DNA of 64,000 nt from Mobula hypostoma (taxonomy: Eukaryota), in contig NC_086098.1 of assembly GCF_963921235.1 (NCBI RefSeq), positions 434,001 to 498,000 on the forward strand, read 5' to 3'. The notes under the pieces were generated by a model. The model saw only the letters and a list, made by a program, of their open reading frames with translations, was not told where the DNA came from and ran no database searches. Below are positions 12,310 to 23,469 of the stretch, piece after piece. Each line of letters begins with the position of its first letter. Within the stretch, counting starts at the first letter, position 1. The position numbers and the translations under genes were made by a program.

Positions 12310-15156
12310 TCCCACGTCCCCGCCTTCTCACCATAACCTTTGATGCCCTGGCTACTCAGATACCTATCAATCTCTGCCTTAAATACACCCAATGACTTGG
12401 CCTCCATTGCTGCCTGTGGCAACAAATTCCATAGATTCACCACCCTCTGACTAAAAAAATTTCTTCGCATTTCTGTTCTGAATGGGTGCCCTTCAATCCT
12501 TAAGTCATGCCCTCTCGTACTAGACTTCCCCCATCATGGGAAACAACTTTGCCACATCCACTCTGTCCATGCCTTTCAACATTCGAAATGTTTCTATGAG
12601 GTCTCCCCTCATTCTTCTAAACTCCAAGGAATACAGTCCAAGAGCAGACAAACGTTCCTCATATGATAACCCTCTCATTCCCAGAATCATTCTAGTGAAT
12701 CTTCTCTGTACCCTCTCCAACGTCAGCACATCCTTTCTTAAATAAGGAGACCAAAACTGCCCACAGTACTCCAAGTGAGGTCTCACCAGCGCCTTATAGA
12801 CCCTCAACATCACATCCTTGCTCCTATACTCTATTCCTTGAGAAATGAATGCCAACATTGCATTCGCCTTCTTCACTACTAACTCAACCTGGAGTTTAAC
12901 TTTAAGGGTATCCTGTACAAGGACTCCCAAGTCCCATTGCATCTCTGAACTTTGAATTATTTCCCCGTTTAAATAATAGTCTGCCCGTTTATTTTTTCTG
13001 CCAAAGTGCATAACCATACACTTTCCAACATTTTACTTCATTTGCCACTTCTCTGCCCATTCTTCCAATCTATCCAAGTCTCTCTGCAGACTCTCCGTTT
13101 CCTCAGCACTACCGGCCTCTCCACCTATCTTCGTATCGTCAGCAAACTTAGCCACAAAGCCATCTATTCCATAATCCAAATTATTGATGTACAATGTAAA
13201 AAGAAGCGGCCCCAACATGGACCCCTGTGGAACACCACTGGTAACCAGCAGCCAACCAGAATAGGATCCCTTTATTCCCACTTTCTGTTTCCTGCCAATC
13301 AGCAAACGCTCTATCCATGTATGTAACTTTCCCGTAATTCCATGGGCTCTTATCTTGTTAAGTAGCCTCATGTGTGCCACCTTGTCAAAGGCCTTCTGAA
13401 AATCCAAACATACAACATCCACGACATCTCCCTTGTCTAGCCTACTGGTAATTTCCTCAAAAAATTGTAATAGGTTTGTCAGGCAGGATTTTCCTTTAAG
13501 GAATCCATGCTGAGTTCTGCCTTTCTTGTCATATGCCTTCAGGTACTCTGTAACCTCATCCTTGACAATCGACTCCAACAACTTCCCAACCACTGCCGTT
13601 AAGCTAACAGGTCTATAATTTCCTTTTTGCTTCCTTGTCCCCTTCTTCAATAGCGGAGTGAAATTTGCAATCTTCCAGTCTTCCAGAACCGTTCCAGAAT
13701 CTATCGACTTTTGAAACATCATCGCTAATGCCTCCGCAAACTCCACATCTACTTCCTTCAGAACACGAGGGTGCATTCCATCTGGTCTAGGAGATTTATC
13801 TACCTTTAGACTATTCAGCTTCCTGAGTACTTTCTCTGTCGTAATTGTGACTGCGCACACTTCTCTTCCCTGCCACCCTTGAGTGTCCGGTATATTGCTG
13901 ATGTCTTCCTCAGTGAAGACTGATGCAAAATACTCGTTCAGTTCCTCTGCCATCTCCTTATCTCCCATTACAATTTCTCCAGCATCATTTTCTATCGGTC
14001 CTATATCTACTCTCACCTGGTTTTACTCTTTATATACTTGAAAGAGCTTTTAGTATCCTCTTTGATATTATTTGCTAGCTTCCTTTCATAGTTAATCTTT
14101 TCTCTCTTAATGACCTTCTTGGTTTCCTTTTGTAAGTTTTTAAAAACTTCCCAATCCTCTGTCTTCCCACTAATTTTTGCTTCCTTGTATGCCCTCTCTT
14201 TTGCTTTAACTTTGGCTTTGACTTCTCTTGTCAACCACGGTTGCATCCTTTTTCCACTCGAAAATTTCTTCTCCTTTGGAATATACCTGTCTTGCACCTT
14301 CCTCATTTCTCGCATAAACTCCAGCCACTGCTGCTCTGCTGCCTTTCCTGCCAGTGGCCCTTTCCAGTCAATATTGGCCAGTTCCTCTCATGCCACTGTA
14401 ATTTCCTTTACTCCACTGAAATACCGACACATCAGATTTCGGCTTCTCTTTTTCAAATTTCACAGTGAATTCAATCATGTTATGATCACTGCCTCCTGAG
14501 GGTTCCTTCACCTCAATCTCTCTAATCACCTCCAGTTCATTACACAATACCCAATCCAGTACAGCCGATCCCCTAGTGGGCTCAACAACAAGCTGTTCTA
14601 AAAAGCCATCTTGCAGACATTCTACAAATTGTCTCTCTTGAGGTCCAGTGCTGACCTGTTTTTCCCAATCTACTAGCATGTTAAAATCCCCCACAATTAT
14701 CATAACACTGCCCTTCTGACAAGCCTTTTCTATTTCCTGATGTAATTTGTAGTCCACATCCCTGCAGCTGTTGGGAGGCCTATAAATAACTGCCATCAGG
14801 GTCCTTTTACCCCTGTGATTTCTTAGCTCAACCCATAAAGCTTCTGCACCTTCCGATCCTATATCACCTCTTTCTAATGAGTTAATATCATTTCTTACCA
14901 ATAAAGCCACGCTTCCCCCTCTGCCTGCCTTACTATCCTTCCGATACACCGTGTATTCTTGGACGTTCAGCTCCCAGAGACATGCATCCTTTAGCCAGGT
15001 CTCAGTGATGGCCACAATATCATACGTGCCAATCTGTAGCTGTACAACAAGATCATCCACTTTATTCCCTATGCTGCGTGCATTTAAGTACAACACCTTA
15101 AGACCAGTATTTGATACTTTTTGCTTTGATTTCACTGCAACTTTATTGCACTGCAA
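12310..15156 (-). pseudogene. CR1-C ORF2 (APE endonuclease plus reverse transcriptase), disrupted
   Basis: LYLNARSI, AITETW, IYRPPN, GDFN, SDHN; NYRPVSLT, QHGF, DFQKAFDKV, GVPQGS, FADD in consecutive ORF-track pieces. Confidence 0.93.
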
Positions 15157-15269
15157 ATCATCCTACAAATTTGCCCCATCATCTGCCTGTCTTTCCTGAC
15201 ATCTTTACTGCTCACTATTTTAGATTTATTTCTGTTTTCCCCTTCCTCCATTTCCATCCCCCTGCCAAA

Positions 15270-16205
15270 TTAGTTTAAACCCTCCCTAACAGCTCTATTA
15301 AACTTTCCTGCCAGGATATTGGTCCCCTTCGGGTTCAGGTGTAACCTGTCCTTTTTGAACAGGTCATACTTCCCCCAGAAGAGATCCCAATTATCCAAGA
15401 ATCTGAAGCCCTGCCCCCTACACCAGTCTCTCAGCCACGCATTCATCTGCCTGATCCGACTATTCTTGCCCTCGCTAGCACGTGCCACAGGTAGCAATCC
15501 TGAGATTACTACCCTCGAGGTCCTGCTTCTCAGCTTCCTTCCTAACTCCTGGAAATCTCTCTTCAGAACCTCCTCCTTTGTCCTATCTATGTCATTGGTA
15601 CCAACATGTACCAAGACAACTGGCTGCTCACCCTCTCCCTTTAGAATATTCAGGACCCGATCCGAGACATCCCGTACCCTGGCACCCGGGAGGCAACACA
15701 CCAGACAGGTATCTCTATCAGGCTCTCAAAATCTCCTGTCCATACCCCTGACTATGGAATCCCCTACGACTACCGCATTTCTCTTCTCCCTCCTTCTCTC
15801 CTGCACAAAAGCGCCAGGCTCAGTGCCAGAGACCCGGTCACCGTAGGGGTCCCCTGTCAGGTCATCCCCCTCAACAGCATCCAGAACAAGATATTTGTTG
15901 CTGAGGGGGACAGCCACAGGGGTGCTCTCCACTATCCGGGTATTTTCCTTCCCTCTCTTGACAGTGACCCAGTTTTCTGACCCCTGTAGCCTAGGGATGA
16001 CTACCTTCCTGTAGCTCCTGTCTATCACCTCTTCACTTTCCCTAGTAAGCAGTAGGTCATCAAGCTGCAGCTCCAGATCCCTAACACGGTCTCTGAGGAG
16101 CTGCATCTCGGTGCACCTGGTGCAGATGTGGCCATCAGGGAGGCTGGAGGTCTCCCAGGATTCCCACATCTGACACCCTAAACAAAGCACTAACCCTGCA
16201 GGCAT
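15270..16205 (-). pseudogene. CR1-C ORF1: Cys-rich N-terminus, leucine zipper, SGNH esterase domain; one in-frame stop
   Basis: CLGC...CTRC, LRDRVRDLELQLDDL, then VVGDSIVRG, HVGTND, DRLHL (SGNH blocks). Confidence 0.9.
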
Positions 16206-16467
16206 GCTATCTAATTCTACAGGAATGAGACAGGAAAAATAAGTCTACTCATCCACTTACCTTGCCAAATAGATGAACTTTTTAAACCGTTAGCTCGTAC
16301 CGTTAGCTGTGAGAGCCCTGCTGTTCCTGTCTGTCTGGGCCGATTCGTGAAAGGTGGGGGGGGGGGTGTGGAGAAAAAAAAAAGAGTTGGTGTTTCGCTC
16401 TCGCCTCTTCCCGTTTACCGCTGAAGCCTGTTGAAGCCAAAGCCCTACACTCTGCTCCCATTCACTC

Positions 16468-16540
16468 CGCTGCCCGCTGTATAGGGTGGTCTCCTTTTTA
16501 AACTCTCTGCGTGGTCCTGTTGACATCATGCGCCTGCGCA
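16468..16540 (-). promoter_or_regulatory. Putative internal promoter motifs in the CR1-C 5' UTR
   Basis: Minus strand TGCGCAGGCGCA (NRF1-like), TGATGTCA (CRE-like), TTTAAAA, ATACAGCGGGCAGCG; same order at 38493-38566 in CR1-A. Confidence 0.5.
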
Positions 16541-16884
16541 GTCTCGCCCTTCTTGCACTCAAAGAAGTTTTTTAAAAAAACTGCTTTCCTTCCATGATTC
16601 ATACCTGACAATCTGTAATAGTGCAACAAGATCATCCACCTTATTTCTTAAACTCCACGCATTGACATATAACACATTGGGTACTATATTCGTTACCCTT
16701 TTTGATTCTGGTTGGAGAATGGGGTTGACAAAGGGGAAAAAAGGATCAGCCATGATTAAATGGTGGACCAGACTCGATGAACCAAATGTCCTAATTCTGC
16801 TTCTATGTCTTATGGTCTTTAGATCTAAGTATTCTAATGGAAAACAATGCAACTGTGGCTGACAAAGGAAGTCAAAGCCAACAT

Positions 16885-17521
16885 AATAGAAGGCATATGG
16901 TGCATAGGCCTTCATCAACTGTGGGATTCAGTTTAAGAGCCGAGAGATAATGTTACAGCTATATAGGACCATGGTCAGACTCCACTTGGAGTGCTGTGCT
17001 CATTTCTGGTCGGCTCATTACAAGAAGGATGTGGAAACCATAGAAAGGGTACAAAGGAGATTTACATGAATGTTGCCTGGATTGGGGAGCATGCCCTATG
17101 AGAATAGGTTGAGTGAACTTGGCCTTTTCTCATTGGAGCGGCGGAGGATGAGAGGTGACCCGATAGAGGTGTACAAGATGATGAGAGGCATTGATCGTGT
17201 GGTTGGTCAGAGGTTTTTTCCCAGGGTTGAAATGGCTAACACAAGAGGGCATAGTTTTAAGGTGCTTGGAAGTAGGTACAGAGGGGATGTCAGGGGTAAG
17301 TTTTTTACACAAAGATTGGTGAGTACATGGAATGGGCTGCTGGCAATGGTGGTGGAGGCGGATATGATATGGTGTTTTAAGAGACTCCTGGTAGGTACGT
17401 GGAGCTCAGAAAAATAGAGGGCTATGTGTAACCCTAGGTAATTTCTAAAATAAGTACATGTTTGGCACAGCACTGTGGGCCGAAGGGACTGTATTGTGCT
17501 GTAGGTTTTCTATGTTTCTAT
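16885..17521 (+). mobile_element. CR1-B 3' fragment with tail
   Basis: MLPGLGSMPYENRL...FFTQRLV; ends TTTTCTATGTTTCTA. Confidence 0.9.
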
Positions 17522-17734
17522 AGAATAGCCAAAGAGGAGGCATATTGTAAAGCAAAAATTATTGGGAAGTTAGAGGATTTGAAAATTTTTAAAAACCATC
17601 AAAAGGGCAGAAGGCAACTAAGGAAAACCATGGGTGGGGGAAGAAATATGAAATATGAAGTTAAGCTAGCCAATAACAATACCAAAACTTTTTTCAGATA
17701 TGTATAGGGTAAAAGAGAGTTGAGAGTAGATATT

Positions 17735-18196
17735 TGTGGTAGAGATGGTTAACACTAGTGCATGATGAGATACTTGACCATTCTGGAACAGCTGGGTTTA
17801 AGATTGCTGTTCCGTGTAGAGAATAACCTTGGAGATAAGAGCAGTACTAGGAACTCCAATTATCAAGACACTAGGCCCCTGGAACCAGGAGGGAGGATGT
17901 GTCTGAAGGTAAATTATGAGCCCTGATAACAGGGTACAAAGAGGACTGTTAGACTCGCGCTGAGAGATTAATTGACTTGACTTTTAAATGATTGATCTTG
18001 TACTGACTGTAGGATGCTAAACAAAGTCATATGAAGTTGTTTGTCTTGCTGTATAAATATGAGCTCTGTACGACCTAAAAATCAGAGTTCTGGTGGTAGT
18101 GGATACTGCTGCAGACTCTCCATGATATCATGTTAATAAACTCTTAAAACGAAATTCAAAGTCACTCTGGTGTTCTTAGTTAGTGTTTCCCCGACA
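17735..18196 (+). mobile_element. Solo LTR (462 bp), parent family unknown
   Basis: TGT...ACA termini; TSD ATATT at 17730-17734 and 18197-18201; TATAAA at 18052; AATAAA at 18135; splits the CR1 sequence GAGTAGATATT|GGAC. Confidence 0.88.
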
Positions 18197-18246
18197 ATAT
18201 TGGACTGGTGGAAAATGAAATGGCAGATGATCTGAATAAATATTTT

Positions 18247-20570
18247 AAGACCATAAGACTATAAGATATAGGAGCAGAAGTAGGCCATTCAGCCCATCAA
18301 GTCTGCTCCACCATTCAATCATGGGCTGATCCAATTCTTTCTTTTTTTAGATTATGAGGACACTCAGTCCTCGTTTATTGTCATTTAGAAATGCATGCAT
18401 TAAGAAATGATACAATGTTCCTCCAGAGTGATATCACAAAAAAACTGGACAAACCAAAGACTAACACTGACAAGACCACATAATTATAACATATAGTTAC
18501 AGCAGTGCAAAGCAATACATAATTTGATAAAGAGCAGACCATGGGCACGGTAAAAAAAAATTTCAAAGTTCTGATCGACTCTCGATAGTCCCCAATAGCA
18601 GGTGGCAAAAGATAGAAACTCTCCTTGCCATAAACCTCTAGGTGCCGACAACTGCCGATGCAGAACCCTGGAAGCACCCGACTACAGCTGACTTTGAGTC
18701 CGTCCGAAAATTTCGAGCCTCCGACGAGCCCTCTGACACCGAGTACTGAGCACCATCTCTGCTGAGTGCCTCGACCCTGCCCTGACCGCCGAACAACAAG
18801 CAAAGCCGAGGACTCGGGGTCTTCTCCTCCGGAGATTCTGGATCACACAGTAGCAGCGGCAGCGAGAAAGGCATTTCAGAAGTTTCTTCAGATGTTCCTC
18901 CGTTCTCTCACGTCTGTCTCCATCAAATCAGGATTGTGCACGGCATCCTACTTGACAGATTACAGATATCATTCACCAGAGTGGCCACTGCGCGCTGCGT
19001 TGTGTCGCCATCTTCTCCTCTCCTTCTGATCCAATTCTTCCAGTCATTCCCACTCCCCTGCCTTCACCCCATACCCCTTGATGCTCTGGCAAATCAAGAA
19101 CCTGTCTATCTCTGCCTTAAATACACCCAATGACTTGGCCTCCACAGCCACTCATGGCAACAAATTCCATAGATTTACCACCTTCCGACTAAAGTAATTT
19201 CTCCGCATCTCAGTTCTAAATGGACGTCCTTCTATCCTGAAGTTGTGCCCTCTTGTCCTAGAATCCCCTACCATGGGAAATAACTTTGCCAGATCTAATC
19301 TATTCAGGCCTTTTAACATTTAGAATGTTTCTATGAGATCCCTCCCCTCATTCTCCTGAACTCCAGGGAATACAGCCCAAGAGCTGCCAAACATTCCTCA
19401 TACGGTAATCCTTTCATTCCTGGAGTCATTCTTGTGAATCTTCTCTGAACTCTCTCCAAAGGAGCCCAAAACTGCACACAATACTCTTAAGTGTGGTCTC
19501 ATGAGTGCCTTATACAGCCTCAATATCACATCCCTGCTCTTACATTCTGGACCTCTAGAAATGAATGCCAACATTGCATTCGCCTTCTTCACAACCTGGA
19601 GGTTAACCTTTAGGGTAACAAGGACTCCCAAGTCCCTTTGCATCTCTGCATTTTGAATTCTCTCCTCATCTAAATAATAGTCTGCCCGTTTATTTCTTCC
19701 ACCAAAGCGCATGCCCATCCACTTTCCAACATTATATTTTATTTGCCACTTCTTTGCCCATTCCCCTAAACTATCTAAGTCTCTCTGCAGCCTCACTGTT
19801 TCCTCAACACCACCCACTTCTCCACCTATCTTTGTGTCATCATCAAATTTGGCCAAAATCCATTAATGCCGTAGCTCAAATCATTGACATACATTGTAAA
19901 AAGCAGAGGTCCCAACACTGACTCCTGTGGAACTCCACTGGTTACTGGCAGCCAGCCAGAATAGGATCCCTTTATTCCCACTCTCTGTTTTCTGGTGACC
20001 AGCCAACACTCAACCCATGCTAGTAACTTCCCTTTGATTCCATGGGCTCTTATTTTGTTAAGCAGCCTCATGTGTGGCACCTTGTCAAAGGCCTTCTGAA
20101 AATCCAAGAACACCATGTCTACTGCATCTCCTTTGTCTACCCTGCTTGTAATTTCCTCAAAAGATTGCAGTAGGTTAGTCAGGCAGGATTTTCCTTTCAG
20201 GAAACCATGCCGGCTTTGGCCTATCTTGTCATGTGCCTCCAGGTACTCCGTAATCTCATCCCAAGCAATTGATTCCAACAACTTCCCAACCACTGATGTC
20301 AGACTAACAGGTCTATAGTTTCCTTTCTGCTGCCTCCCACCCTTCTTAAATAGCGGAGTAACTTTTGCAGTTTTCCAGTCATTCTGTACAATGCCGGAAT
20401 CTATCGATTCTTGAAAGATAATCATTAATGCCTTCACAATCTCTCTAGCTACTTCTTTCAGAACCCAAGGGTGCACTCCATCAGCTTCAGGAGGTTTAAG
20501 CTTCCTGAGCACCTTCTTAGTCGTAATTTTCACTGCTCAAACTTCACTTCCGTAACACTTTTGATGGCCC
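18247..20570 (-). mobile_element. CR1 LINE (family E), 5'-truncated, interrupted at 18340-19025
   Basis: (AAGACCAT)-type tail at the left; NYRPVSLT, DFQKAFDKVPH, SGVPQESVLGP. Confidence 0.93.
18340..19025 (-). mobile_element. 686-bp non-coding retroposon (SINE-like / non-autonomous LINE derivative)
   Basis: 14-bp TSD CTGATCCAATTCTT at 18326-18339 and 19026-19039; A-rich tail on the minus strand preceded by ATGACAATAAA and the hairpin GAGGAC-TGAGT-GTCCTC; 5' end AAGGAGAGGAGAAGATGGCG. Confidence 0.85.
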
Positions 20571-21686
20571 AGGAAACGTTTGCATCAGTTTTATCTGTGG
20601 AAGGCACTGGTAGTATGCCAGACATTCAAAAGTATCAAGATACAGAAGTGAATTCAATTGCTATTTCTAGAGAGATTGTGCTTGGGAAGATAAGTCACCT
20701 GGACTAGAACCCAGGGGCCAGGGTTCTGAAAGAGGTGGCTGAAGAGATTATGGAGACTTTGGTAATGATCGTTCAAGAATCACTAGATTCCATTTCCCTC
20801 TTAAGTCCATTCCCCTGCTTTCCCTCCGTAACCTTTCAGGAGGGTTGGAAAATAGCAAATGTCACTCCACTCTTCAGGAAGGGAGGGAGGCAGAAGAAAG
20901 GAAATTATAGGACAATTAGCCTGATCTCAATGGTTGGGCAGATGTTGCTGCAGAAGAACAGACAGATTAGGAAAATGTGCAAAGAAGTGGCAGATGGAAT
21001 ACAGTATTGGGGTCTTGCACTTTGAAACATGGAAACATAGAAAACCTACAGCACAATGTAGGCCCTTCAGCTTACAAAGTTGTGTTGGACATGTCCCTAA
21101 CCTTAGAAATTACAGGCTTACCTATAGCCCTCTATTTTTCTAAGCTCCGTGTACCTATCCAAACGTCTCTTAAAAGACCCTTCATATCCGCCTCCACCAC
21201 CGTTGCCGGCAGCCCATTCCATGCACTCACCACTCTCTGCATAAAAAACTTACCCCTGACATCTCCTCTGTACCTACTCCCTAGCACCTTAAACCTGTGC
21301 CCTCTTGTCGCAGCCATTTCAGCCCTGGGAAAAAGCCTCTGACTATCCATGGGATCCACATAATCAATGCTTTTGGTAGAAGGAATAAAATCATAGACTA
21401 TTTTCTAAACAGGGAGAAAATTCAAAAATCCAAGGAGGAAAGGGACTTGGGAGTCTTTGTGTAGGATTCCCTAGAGGTTAATTTGCAGGTTGAATCGGTG
21501 GAGAAGAAGTTGAATGCAATGTTAGCATTAGTTTCAAGAGGACTTGAACAAAGAAGCAGGGATGTCATGCTGAGGCTGTATAAGGTAATGGTGAGCCTCA
21601 CTTGGAATAGTGTGAATAGGTTTAGGACCCTTCTATAAGAAACGATGTGCTGACATCGGGGAGGGTTCAGAGGAGGTTCATAAGAA

Positions 21687-22713
21687 CCTACCACCCCACC
21701 AGCCTCCGGGTCCAACATATTATTCTCCGTAACTTCCGCCACCTCCAACGGGATCCCACCACTAAGCATATCTTTCCCTCCCCCCCTCTCTCTGCATTCC
21801 GCAGGGATCGCTCCCTACACAACTCCCTTGTCCATTCGTCCCCCCCATCCCTCCCCACTGATCTCCCTCCTGGCACTTATCCGTGTAAGCGGAACAAGTG
21901 CTACACATGCCCTTACACTTCCTCCCTTACCACCATTCAGGGCCCCAAACAGTCCTTCCAGGTGAGGCATCACTTCACCTGTGAGTCGACTGGGGTGATA
22001 TACTGCGTCCGGTGCTCCCGATGTGGCCTTTTATATATTGGTGAGACCCGACGCAGACTGGGAGACCGCTTTGCTGTACATCTACGCTCTGTCCGCCAGA
22101 GAAAGCAGGATCTCCCAGTGGCCACACATTTTAATTCCACATCCCATTCCCATTCTGACATGTCTATCCACGGCCTCCTCTACTGTAAAGATGAAGCCAC
22201 ACTCAGGTTGGAGGAACAACACCTTATATTCCGTATGGGTAGCCTCCAACCTGATGGCATGAACATTGACTTCTCTAACTTCCGCTAGGCCCCACCTCCC
22301 CCTCGTACCCCATCTGTTACTCTTTTTAATGCACACATTCTTTCTCTCACTCTCCTTTTTCTCCCTCTGTCCCTCTGAATATACCTCTTGCCCATCCTCT
22401 GGGTCACCCCCCCCCGTCTTTCTTCCCAGACCTCCTGTCCCATGATCCTCTCGTATCCCCTTCTGCCTATCACCTGTCCAGCTCTCGGCTCCATCCCTCC
22501 CCCTCCTGTCTTCTCCTATCATTTTGCATCTCCCCCTCCCCCTCCAGCTTTCAAATCCCTTACTCACTCTTCCTTCAGTTAGTCCTGATGAAGGGTCTCG
22601 GCCTGAAACGTCGACTGCGCTTCTTCCTATAGATGCTGCCTGGCCTGCTGCGTTCACCAGCAACTTTGATGTGTGTTGCTTGAATTTCCAGCATCTGCAG
22701 AATTCCTGTTGTT
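21687..22713 (+). mobile_element. Penelope-like element, 5'-truncated, open GIY-YIG domain
   Basis: GVIYCVRCSRCGLLYIGETRRRLGDRF...LQPDGMN; 10-bp TSD TTCATAAGAA at 21677-21686 and 22714-22723. Confidence 0.95.
22581..22616 (+). ncRNA. Minimal type I hammerhead ribozyme motif, intact core
   Basis: AGTC-CTGATGA-AGG GTCTCGG CCT-GAAA-C-GTC-GACT: stem I AGTC/GACT, CUGAUGA box, stem II AGG/CCT, GAAA box, GUC triplet, palindromic ACGT in place of stem III. Confidence 0.85.
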
Positions 22714-23469
22714 TTCATAAGAATGATTCTGGGATTGAAAGGCTTATCATATGAACAGTGATTGAAGGCTCCAGGTGTACTCGCTGGAATTTAGAAGAAT
22801 GAGAGGGGGATCTCATTAAAATCTATTGATCGTTGAAAGGCCTAGATAGAGTGGGTGTGAAGAGGATATTTCCTACAGTGGTGAATCTAAGATCGGAGGG
22901 CACAGGCTCAGGGTAAAGGGACACCCATTTATAACAGAGATTAGGTGGAATCTCTTTTGCTAGAGGGTGGTGAATTTGTGAAATTCATTGATGTAGGTAC
23001 TGTGGAGGTCACTAGGTGCATTTAGGGCAGAGGTTGATAGGTTCTTGATTAGTCAGGGCATGAAAGATTATAGGGTGAAGGTAGGGGAATGAGGTTAAAA
23101 GGGAAATGGATCAGCCATGATGAAATGGTGGAGCAGTCTCAATGACACATATAGCCTAATTCTGCTCCTATGTTTTATGGTCTTATGATGTTATGGACAT
23201 AATTTTGTGGACTGTTGAACAAGGCAGACTCATGTTCTTTTTTTATGTTCAAACATTCTTAATGGTGATGTAATTAAAAATAGACTAACTGCATCTGTAC
23301 ATAACAGGTATACAAATTTTAAATTATGTGAAGATCTGTTGCTATAAACAGCTATCATAAGATGTCTCAGTGGTGAAACCTCTTCTTGCTTTGTGTGACC
23401 ATAATTAGTTTTAAATAAATGAAATGTTATTAAATAAATTAAGCAATTAACAATTAATATAAAACAATT

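Larger units (their letters stand above)
12211..16586 (-). mobile_element. Full-length CR1 LINE (family C): 5' UTR, ORF1, ORF2, 3' tail
   Basis: (AGACCATA)n tail at 12211; ORF2 endonuclease-RT broken by a few stops and frameshifts; ORF1; GC-rich 5' UTR; probable TSD TCCTTC at 12205-12210 and 16587-16592, with the host CR1 endonuclease fragment on both sides. Confidence 0.95.
20571..23187 (+). mobile_element. Old CR1 copy or copies with deletions; hosts a CR1-B tail (21024-21349, minus) and a Penelope element
   Basis: WKIANVTPLFRKG...NYRTISL; RVQRRFIR|MI split by Penelope; tail TTTTATGGTCTTATG near 23180. Confidence 0.8.

Noticed and set aside
23188..23469. AT-rich unique stretch as a possible exon
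   Set aside because: No convincing acceptor/donor pair or open frame.
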